Shown here piece by piece: positions 1-6,642 of a DNA stretch of 10,085 nt (positions are counted from its first letter, which is position 1; every line of letters begins with the position of its first letter). Position numbers and translations under genes: made by a program. Under the pieces are notes generated by a model that worked only from the letters and a program-made list of their open reading frames with translations, was not told the DNA's origin and ran no database searches. The stretch spans positions 1-10,085 of the forward strand of contig JBHIDR010000025.1 of NCBI GenBank assembly GCA_046760225.1, given 5' to 3'. The DNA comes from Candidatus Aenigmatarchaeota archaeon (GTDB lineage: Archaea > Aenigmatarchaeota > Aenigmatarchaeia > Aenigmatarchaeales > JACQIB01).

Positions 1-313
1 TCAATATCCTGGCTTCTCTTGGTATTATCTCAAAGCCATGGGGCGCCTCCTTGTTTGCCTTTACTGTGCCCTTGACTGCGAGCACTGTCTCCCTGGAGAT
101 GTTTTCAAGTTTCTTAATCAGATTTTCTGGAACATCCTTGGGCCTTATTGTTACCTGCACAAAGCCGTCGCGGTCAGCAAGCTGGAAGAAAATCAGCTTG
201 CCCACCAGGCGGATGGCGCGCACCCAGCCCATTACAATCACTGTGTCGCTATCCTGTTCAGGCTTTCTCTCAGACGAATAGTGTGTCCTTTGCCAGTCAC
301 CAAGCTCTTCCAT
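1..313 (-). CDS. aspS: Aspartate--tRNA ligase, archaeal type (N-terminal OB-fold anticodon-binding domain; runs off the window start)
   Basis: Manual minus-strand translation from the ATG at 313 gives MEELGDWQRTHYSSERKPEQDSDTVIVMGWVRAIRLVGKLIFFQLADRDGFVQVTIRPKDVPENLIKKLENISRETVLAVKGTVKANKEAPHGFEIIPREARIL, open to the window edge. The RTHYS, GWV, DRDGxVQ and APxGFEI motifs are typical of archaeal AspRS. Confidence 0.93.
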   Translation of the reverse strand, partial: MEELGDWQRTHYSSERKPEQDSDTVIVMGWVRAIRLVGKLIFFQLADRDGFVQVTIRPKDVPENLIKKLENISRETVLAVKGTVKANKEAPHGFEIIPREARIL

Positions 314-344
314 GTTACCACACTTTCTATATGGAGGTGCTGAA

Positions 345-362
345 TATTAAAGCTTTTATAAT
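345..362. promoter_or_regulatory. Back-to-back TATA boxes for the divergent aspS and G1 genes
   Basis: TATTAAAGCTTTTATAAT. The plus-strand TTTTATAA (354-361) lies ~28 nt before the G1 ATG (leaderless spacing). The minus-strand TTTAATA (351-345) lies 38 nt before the aspS ATG. Each is preceded by an A-rich BRE-like stretch. Confidence 0.6.
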
Positions 363-381
363 TGAGGAACAAATTTTTATT

Positions 382-1797
382 ATGGCAAAGGGAAACAACA
401 TCTGGGCATGGTCAGCTGCACTGGTACTCTCTGTTCTGTTGTTTTTCGGTCTTGCTATTGTAACAGGCTATGTTGTTATAGATGGCCTGCCTGATGGATT
501 TGGGGAAGATTTTGTAGAAGGTGAATATGAAATTAAGTGCAGGCTCGGGAACTGTAAGGAATGTTGGACACAAGCAATGTGCGAGGCAGCAGGATGCGTG
601 TGGCACCCAGCAGTAACAGGAGGGGAATTTGCAGCTGAAGCATACTGTGGTGAGCCTCCTGAACAGCCCTCTGCTACTGTAACAAAGGAGAAAGGAAAAG
701 CTACTGCATCAGTAACAAAGATTTATGGGGACAGGATATTTGATATTGAAATCGGAGAAGTGGAAGAGCTTAGCTTCAGGAAAATGAGCCTTGATGTGAA
801 AAAAGTAACCCTTAGTAGTGTCAAGATTGTTATTGAGAAGTTAGATGAGATGCCAGAAGAGGTCACTGCACCGGCTGGTGATGTATATCAATATATTCAG
901 CTCACACCAACAGGCATTACAGATGACAATGTTAATTCTGTTACATTTGAGTTCGCAGTTGAGAGGGACTGGATTGGAGCACAAAACATTGATATCACGA
1001 GTGTGAATCTGAAGAGATGGGATGTTGGTTCCCTGAAATGGGAAGAACTTCTAACAACAGAAGTGGATTCTGATGCAAAGGAGATAGTCTTCTCTGCTGT
1101 TTCACCAGGCTTTTCCATATTCACGATAACAGGTGAGGAAAAGGAAGTAGTTGAAATGTGCTCAGGAAAGGTTTCCCTGAGTATGGACAGCACTGCAGCC
1201 TCTGGAAGCAGTGTTACAGCAAGTGTTAGTGGCCTGAGCAACTGTGCAGGAAGGACAGCCTACATAAAGGAGGGCAGCTGTGAAGGAACCACAGAATGTA
1301 CAGCCAGCCTTGCTGATGCAGGCGGGAGCTGTGATTTCACTGCACCGCTTTATGGGGGATTCTATGATTACTATGCGTGCTTTGATATTGATGAGGACGG
1401 GAACTTCTCAGGAGATGAGATTGATTCAGCAAGCCTCCAGGTTTTTGAAGCGCCTGCAGGTGCAACACAGGCTGATGCTGACAGCGCTATCTCTTCTGCA
1501 CAGGGCGAAATAGATGGTGCACAGGCTGAAGGCAAGAACACAACAGATGCTGAGGCCCTTCTGGCTGAGGCACAGGATGCATATGCACTTGGTGACTGGG
1601 AAACAGCTGTTACAAAGGCAAATGCAGCAGAATCAGCAGCAATCAGCGCACAAATAATAACAGTGCCGCAGCCAGGATTTGACTTCACAATAATCATCCT
1701 GATAGCTGCTGTTGTGCTAATAGCTGTTGGGGCAGCAGGACTGCTTGTAATGAAAAGGAAGAAAAGGACAATCAGGATACCGGAGCTAGGCCAGTAG
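382..1797 (+). CDS. G1: surface protein with PGF-pre-PGF domain, EF-hand-like loop, helical stalk and PGF-CTERM-like C-terminal anchor (471 aa)
   Basis: The true start is probably the ATG at 382 (MAKGNN...), after the TATA box and clear of aspS. Architecture: N-terminal hydrophobic segment, small Cys module, PGF-pre-PGF domain (~690-1137; VYQYIQLT...FEFAVERDWI...LKRW...WEELLT...SPGFSIFTITG), Cys-containing beta domain, Ala-rich helices (1465-1653), then PGF + TM + KRKKR. Confidence 0.88.
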   Translation: MAKGNNIWAWSAALVLSVLLFFGLAIVTGYVVIDGLPDGFGEDFVEGEYEIKCRLGNCKECWTQAMCEAAGCVWHPAVTGGEFAAEAYCGEPPEQPSATVTKEKGKATASVTKIYGDRIFDIEIGEVEELSFRKMSLDVKKVTLSSVKIVIEKLDEMPEEVTAPAGDVYQYIQLTPTGITDDNVNSVTFEFAVERDWIGAQNIDITSVNLKRWDVGSLKWEELLTTEVDSDAKEIVFSAVSPGFSIFTITGEEKEVVEMCSGKVSLSMDSTAASGSSVTASVSGLSNCAGRTAYIKEGSCEGTTECTASLADAGGSCDFTAPLYGGFYDYYACFDIDEDGNFSGDEIDSASLQVFEAPAGATQADADSAISSAQGEIDGAQAEGKNTTDAEALLAEAQDAYALGDWETAVTKANAAESAAISAQIITVPQPGFDFTIIILIAAVVLIAVGAAGLLVMKRKKRTIRIPELGQ

Positions 1798-2046
1798 GTT
1801 GAAGAAAACTATCCAGCTTACAAACCAGACAAAGATATAAACGACCCCGCCGTTCCCGAACCACCAGCCTGCCTTCTTCTTTTGCTTGGTGATGGTGTTT
1901 GTCGCCTGTTTCATTATAAGCAGTATGACGAGCATGAGCACGGCTGCATAAAGGGGACGGAATATAACATAGCTGAGATATCCTGCAACAATCCCCACAA
2001 CAAGATGCAGCAGCATCACTGTCTTTTCCTTTTCCATATTCCTCAT
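1786..2046 (-). CDS. Small 3-TM membrane protein, archaeal EMC6-like / DUF5379-like (alternative start 2037)
   Basis: 83-86 aa with three hydrophobic segments, a basic loop (KQKKK) and a C-terminal WWxxNGxxxYxxxWxxxWxxxxN pattern like archaeal EMC6-like proteins. It has its own minus-strand TATA (2084-2077) and overlaps the G1 3' end by 12 nt convergently. Confidence 0.72.
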   Translation of the reverse strand: MRNMEKEKTVMLLHLVVGIVAGYLSYVIFRPLYAAVLMLVILLIMKQATNTITKQKKKAGWWFGNGGVVYIFVWFVSWIVFFNLLA

Positions 2047-2076
2047 TCTCCCTTATGCAATAACTGGGATTTAGGC

Positions 2077-2094
2077 TTTTATAAGCTTTAAATA
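2077..2094. promoter_or_regulatory. Back-to-back TATA boxes for the divergent EMC6-like gene and G2
   Basis: TTTTATAAGCTTTAAATA. The plus-strand TTTAAATA (2087-2094) is 38 nt before the G2 ATG, which has an AGGT SD-like motif. The minus-strand TTATAAAA (2084-2077) is 38 nt before the ATG at 2046. Confidence 0.62.
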
Positions 2095-2124
2095 TTTGGC
2101 TTTTTTATTTATTGATAGGTTGGT

Positions 2125-3684
2125 ATGGCACGAAAGAGGAAAGGGAGGGCAAAAAGGCAGATTAGTCCTGTTGCATGGATTGCCATTCTTATAGCATTAA
2201 TAGCGCTGATCCTGATTTTCATGGCAGGGACTGCTTATATTGTTGCCCAGATGCCTGGGACAGGAGTACCTACAGTAGAGGTTGGCTGCCCAGGCTATAC
2301 AACAAAGGCAGCATGTGAGGCAAATCCAGACTGCGAATGGGAATACTCCGGATTTACTATAACGGGCCAACCTACAGGAAGCTGTAGTGAAAAGCCGCCT
2401 ACTTATCAAGAAGTACCCACTGAGCAGAAGAATACAGGAGCTGTTGCTGCTGGGGTGAAGTCAACAACAATCATGGCAAGGCCTGACCTGCACGGCATAA
2501 GGAGCATTGACCTGACATTGAACAAGGGCTCTGTTAACATAGCTATTACTGTTAATAATTTGGGCCTACAAAAGCCTGCTGGAGCAGACACGCCTGCTGA
2601 AGCTGTTTACAGTTATATAGACATTGACTTCCAGGGTGTAGATAACATTGGTATGCCTATTACTGATGATACTGTTACCTCGAACGTCATGCACTTTTCT
2701 GTTAGCAAGACCTGGGTGACAAACAACAACATTGACATAACAACAATAAAGATGCAGAGATGGGCAGGCAACCAGTGGAATGAACTTCCAACTGTAAGGG
2801 AGGGCGCGCAGGACACTGCAACAGATTATGCTTTCAAGGCAACATCACCCGGTCTTTCTGATTATGTAATAACAGGAGAGGAGGAAGCAGCAGGTCCTGT
2901 TTGTGGAAATGATATATGTGAAGAAGGTGAGGACAGTACGACCTGCCCTGCTGACTGCCCGATTGTTCCTGTTTGTGGAAATGATATTTTAGAAGCAGGC
3001 GAGACCTCTGCAACATGCTGTCTGGATGCTGGCTGCCCGACCGGCCAGACATGCGTGAACAATACATGTGTTGAAGGGGTTGCTCCTGTTTGTGGAAATG
3101 AGATTTTGGAGGCAAATGAAACCTCAGATACATGCTGTTTGGATGCTGGATGCCCGACCGGCCAGACATGCGTGGACAATGTATGTGTTGAGGAAGAAGC
3201 AAATGTAACAGCAGCTGTTGCTGTTTGTGGAAATGGTGTTCTGGAGGCAGGTGAAACATCTGATACCTGCTGTGAGGATGCTGGCTGCCCGTCAGGAGAG
3301 CAATGCATAGCAGGCGAGTGTGTGGCTGTTGCTGTTGGACCAACAGCAGATGATGCAAACCAGGCAATTGCTGATGCAGCAACCCAGATAACCCTTGCGA
3401 AGCAAGAAGGCAAGGATACCACAGAAGCTGAGAACATATTGCATAATGCAGTGAATTACTTTAACACAGGAGACTATGCAAATGCAATCACGCTTGCAGA
3501 TCAGGCAAAACAGGCAATAACAGAAGCAGCTGTGGTAACAAAGCCGGCTGTTGAAATACCTGTGGAGCTCATAATAGTGGTGGTTGTGGTTGTTCTGGCT
3601 GCTGGAACAGCATTTATCACGCTGAGAGGAAAGAAAGCACCTGCTGCAAAAGGGGCTGCAAAAAGACCCCAAGCCAAAAAATAA
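2125..3684 (+). CDS. G2: surface protein with PGF-pre-PGF domain, four Cys-rich CGN repeats, helical stalk and C-terminal TM (519 aa)
   Basis: Basic N-terminus + hydrophobic segment, Cys module, PGF-pre-PGF domain (~2430-2880; VYSYIDI...FSVSKTWV...MQRW...WNELPT...SPGLSDYVITG), VCGNxxxExxExxxTC repeats, Ala-rich helices (3343-3531), TM and a Lys/Ala tail. Confidence 0.9.
   Translation: MARKRKGRAKRQISPVAWIAILIALIALILIFMAGTAYIVAQMPGTGVPTVEVGCPGYTTKAACEANPDCEWEYSGFTITGQPTGSCSEKPPTYQEVPTEQKNTGAVAAGVKSTTIMARPDLHGIRSIDLTLNKGSVNIAITVNNLGLQKPAGADTPAEAVYSYIDIDFQGVDNIGMPITDDTVTSNVMHFSVSKTWVTNNNIDITTIKMQRWAGNQWNELPTVREGAQDTATDYAFKATSPGLSDYVITGEEEAAGPVCGNDICEEGEDSTTCPADCPIVPVCGNDILEAGETSATCCLDAGCPTGQTCVNNTCVEGVAPVCGNEILEANETSDTCCLDAGCPTGQTCVDNVCVEEEANVTAAVAVCGNGVLEAGETSDTCCEDAGCPSGEQCIAGECVAVAVGPTADDANQAIADAATQITLAKQEGKDTTEAENILHNAVNYFNTGDYANAITLADQAKQAITEAAVVTKPAVEIPVELIIVVVVVVLAAGTAFITLRGKKAPAAKGAAKRPQAKK
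2896..3324 (+). repeat. Four imperfect intragenic tandem repeats encoding Cys-rich modules (Myxococcus-cysteine-rich-repeat-like)
   Basis: Units start with (c/g)ctgtttgtggaaatg at 2896, 2968, 3085 and 3220 (spacings 72, 117, 135 nt). Units 2 and 3 share an identical 24-mer, tgcccgaccggccagacatgcgtg (3034-3057, 3151-3174). Confidence 0.92.
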
Positions 3685-3685
3685 C

Positions 3686-3726
3686 TTTAAATATCTAATA
3701 TTTTATATTAAGATTAGGTAGGTCAA
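3686..3726 (+). promoter_or_regulatory. TATA box and SD-like motif for G3
   Basis: TTTAAATA at 3686-3693 in the same ctttaaatat context as the G2 promoter, 41 nt before the ATG; AGGTAGGT lies just upstream of the start. Confidence 0.6.
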
Positions 3727-5100
3727 ATGGCAAGGCGGAAAAAGGTCAACAGCAAGACAGCAATGATTGCACTTCTGGTTGCTGTCATAATAATAGGAGT
3801 AGGGTACTTTACAGTGACTGCCTATATCGGCATACAGGACCTTCCAGTTGTGGGAGGAGAGTTTGAATGGGGACCTACTGATGAAACACCTCCAACATGG
3901 TCGAACCAGCAACAGTCTGCGGATACAGCAGGGCCAGGGCAGACAATAACTCTTTCTGCTGACTGGAGTGATGACACAGCTCTTGCAAGCGCCCAGCTCT
4001 TTGTAACAACTGACACAGATAACTGGCCTATATCAGAAGAGATGACAGTTGCACTAAGCGGAAATTCCAGTACATCAACCTTTGTTTATGTTGTTCCTGA
4101 TGTATATGCTTCTGGCACAACAATTTACTGGAAGATTAAGGGGCTTGATGGAACTGGAAACGAAAATGAGACGGACGTGATGAGCTTCACAGTACAGGAC
4201 CTGAACATACCCACATGCAAGCTTGAAAGCGACAAGACAGAAGTAAAGGAAGGTGAAAAGGTCAACCTGACTGCAACATGCATTGATGAGAACGGCCCGA
4301 TATCTGTAAAGTTCTTTGATGATTATACAAACCAGGAAACAGATTCGCAGTCAATTGATTCAGGGGATGTTGCATCATATATCTTTGACACATCAGGCGT
4401 ATCAGCAGGCACTGTTGTGAACTGGAAGGTTATTGTTTCTGATGCACTCGGAAACGAAGGAGAGTCCGATCTTAAGAGCTTCACAATTGTTGAATATGTT
4501 ACAACTGATACTGAAGAACCACTAATTACAATATCAGAGTATGAGCCCTTGACAATAAGGACCGGTGACACTGTCACAATAACAGTTGAAGCTACTGATA
4601 ATGAAGAGCTTGCCAGTGCAACCCTGCTCATTGATGGAGAGGAGATTGATACTATAACACTTGATGGAACAAGCGATACAGCAACATTCAGCTGGCTTGC
4701 TCCTGAGGAAGATTCCTATACATGGATGGTCAAGATAGCTGACAGTGCAGGAAACACTGTTGAAACAGCTTCCCTAACATTCCTTGTCAAGGCACAGCCT
4801 GAACAGGTCATACAATGCCCTGTAGAAGCAAAGCCTCTACCAGGACCATGGGGAGACTGTATAGAAGGAAAACAGAGCAGGACAGTATACAAATGTGACA
4901 CAACAATAGGAACATGGACAATACTAGATACTGAGGAGCAGGACTGTGCAGCACCAGAACTGGATACCACTGCGCTGATTCCGATAATTCTGATAATTAT
5001 TGTGGTTGTAGTAGCTGTGATTGCAGCCATGGTGATGAGGAGGAAGCCGAAAGCCAAAGCAGCTGCTCCAGCAGCACCACCTGCACCACCACAGGGATGA
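3727..5100 (+). CDS. G3: surface protein with three Ig-like repeats, TSP1-like Cys module and C-terminal TM (457 aa)
   Basis: Basic N-terminus + TM; three ~100-aa acidic beta repeats (DxxxP...GxxxTLxA...WxxxxxDxxGN...xFxV at ~3877-4194, 4198-4488, 4507-4788); WGDCxxGxQxR module (4816-4947); TM, RRK and an Ala/Pro tail. Confidence 0.88.
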   Translation: MARRKKVNSKTAMIALLVAVIIIGVGYFTVTAYIGIQDLPVVGGEFEWGPTDETPPTWSNQQQSADTAGPGQTITLSADWSDDTALASAQLFVTTDTDNWPISEEMTVALSGNSSTSTFVYVVPDVYASGTTIYWKIKGLDGTGNENETDVMSFTVQDLNIPTCKLESDKTEVKEGEKVNLTATCIDENGPISVKFFDDYTNQETDSQSIDSGDVASYIFDTSGVSAGTVVNWKVIVSDALGNEGESDLKSFTIVEYVTTDTEEPLITISEYEPLTIRTGDTVTITVEATDNEELASATLLIDGEEIDTITLDGTSDTATFSWLAPEEDSYTWMVKIADSAGNTVETASLTFLVKAQPEQVIQCPVEAKPLPGPWGDCIEGKQSRTVYKCDTTIGTWTILDTEEQDCAAPELDTTALIPIILIIIVVVVAVIAAMVMRRKPKAKAAAPAAPPAPPQG

Positions 5101-5105
5101 TTGGG

Positions 5106-6602
5106 ATGGCAAAGAGGAAAAGGAAAGTATCGAGAAAAAAAGATAATTCTTTTGCTGCAGCAATTGGAATTGCTGTTGGTATTGTACTCATATTTCTTGG
5201 TCTTTTTAACATAACAGCCTTCATTGTTTCACAAGATCCTACACCGCCGTTCTGGTGGGACCAGAGCCAGGCATATGATTCTGTTGACCAGGGAGGGCAG
5301 AACACACTGTCCGCGTGCTGGAACGACACAGAGACATATGTGCCAAAGGCAAAGCTTGAGACAACTGTTGACGGTGAAACAGCCACCACACCATGGCAGG
5401 ACACTGTGCCTGTTACAACCACAACATCAGTCAAGGTAGCAGAATACGGTCCTGTTGGGGATCCCAGTGCATGCCAGCATACTGACTGTGAAATGCTAAG
5501 CACAGAGTATGACAGGAACACCTGCAATTCAATATTCAATCCTGACAGGCCAGATGGTCCGCACTGTGAGTGCTGGTGCACGCAAACAATCGTGCTGTGC
5601 AACTCATCAACATTTGTTTATGATGTTCCTGAAGACACATGCGGCCCTGTTTCATGGAGGATATTCGGCCAGGATGTGTCAGGAAATGAGGATGTGACAG
5701 ATTCCATGAGCTTTGGTGTTAATGATATTACTGATCCTATATACGGCAGCCAGAAGCAGAGCAAAGTAGAAATAGAAGCAGGAGGAAGCAACAACCTTTC
5801 TGTTGTCTGCATGGATGACTGTGGGCTCAGCAAGGCAACACTCTGGACAAAGGAGAACACTGATTTTGCAGAAAGTGACTCGCAGGACATAAGCGGCACT
5901 GAACAGGAGGTTGTGTTCGAATGGAGCAACCCCGCGCTTTCAGAGCAGGAAGTTGAGTGGAAGATCGCATGCGAAGATGCGCAGGGGCAAAGCGCTGAGT
6001 CATCTGTGCTGAGCTTTTCCATAGGTGAGGCAGCTGACACAGAAGCGCCTGTACTGGTTAGTGCTGATGTTGATAATGATAGTCCTCTGAAAGGAGATAC
6101 AGTGACATTCACTGCAACATGGAGTGACAATGAGGAGCTTTCATCAGCTCAGTTGGAAATAAACGGAGCGGTTGTGAGCACCAAATCCCTGTCAGGAACA
6201 GAGGACACTGCAACATTCACATGGACAGCAACTGAAGCAGGCCAGTTCACATGGCTGGTCAAGGCAAGTGACAAGTCAGGCAACTCTGCAAGCTCTGATA
6301 CCAGCACAATTAGTATTAGAGGGTTATGTCCTGCATGCCCTGACCCCACTGATTGGGGCAAGTGCATAAAGGGACAGCAGACAAGGACAAACTACAAGTG
6401 CGGGGCTGAGACGAATTACGTCTGCCAGGCATACATTGAGACAATGACATGTGCAGTACCTGTTGAAGGAATGCCACTCTGGCTAATCGGTTCTATTATT
6501 GCTGTAATAGCAGGGATTATAATAGTTGCATTCGTGATGCTGAAGAAGCCTGCTGCAGCTGCTATAGCAAAACCACCCGCACCAAAGACATCAAGGTTGT
6601 AA
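5106..6602 (+). CDS. G4: paralog of G3; three Ig-like repeats (the first with a Cys-rich insertion), TSP1-like module and C-terminal TM
   Basis: Start at 5106 (MAKRKRK, matching MARKRK/MARRKK of G2/G3) or at 5097 (ATGA overlap with the G3 stop). Collinear with G3, e.g. GDTVTFTATWSDNEELSSAQL vs GDTVTITVEATDNEELASATL, and DTATFTW vs DTATFSW. Confidence 0.88.
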   Translation: MAKRKRKVSRKKDNSFAAAIGIAVGIVLIFLGLFNITAFIVSQDPTPPFWWDQSQAYDSVDQGGQNTLSACWNDTETYVPKAKLETTVDGETATTPWQDTVPVTTTTSVKVAEYGPVGDPSACQHTDCEMLSTEYDRNTCNSIFNPDRPDGPHCECWCTQTIVLCNSSTFVYDVPEDTCGPVSWRIFGQDVSGNEDVTDSMSFGVNDITDPIYGSQKQSKVEIEAGGSNNLSVVCMDDCGLSKATLWTKENTDFAESDSQDISGTEQEVVFEWSNPALSEQEVEWKIACEDAQGQSAESSVLSFSIGEAADTEAPVLVSADVDNDSPLKGDTVTFTATWSDNEELSSAQLEINGAVVSTKSLSGTEDTATFTWTATEAGQFTWLVKASDKSGNSASSDTSTISIRGLCPACPDPTDWGKCIKGQQTRTNYKCGAETNYVCQAYIETMTCAVPVEGMPLWLIGSIIAVIAGIIIVAFVMLKKPAAAAIAKPPAPKTSRL

Positions 6603-6603
6603 G

Positions 6604-6612
6604 TTTTATATA
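6604..6612 (+). promoter_or_regulatory. Putative TATA box for G5
   Basis: TTTTATATA directly after the G4 stop, 39 nt before the G5 ATG, similar to the spacing at the other promoters. Confidence 0.5.
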
Positions 6613-6642
6613 CAGGCTTTCATAATTTTCTCTTAGATTACC

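Noticed and set aside
38..343. Plus-strand ORFs 38..343 and 51..281
   Set aside because: Antisense shadows of the clearly recognisable aspS.
148..381. 78-aa N-terminal extension of the 148..1797 ORF
   Set aside because: It overlaps aspS on the opposite strand and the AT-rich promoter; the TATA box and signal-like N-terminus point to ATG 382.
2098..2110. T-rich tract as a terminator
   Set aside because: It lies between the TATA box and start of G2 with no plus-strand gene ending directly upstream; more likely the promoter melting region.
2125..2160. Tat or class III (prepilin) signal peptides in the basic N-termini of G2-G5
   Set aside because: No convincing S/T-R-R-x-F-L consensus and no K-G/A|hydrophobic-x3-E site directly before the hydrophobic stretch. 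G5 RRVF is suggestive but insufficient.
2968..3190. Repeat units 2 and 3 as a diversity-generating retroelement TR/VR pair or a CRISPR array
   Set aside because: Mismatches are not adenine-specific in either direction, no reverse transcriptase or cas gene is in the window, and the units are in-frame protein repeats.
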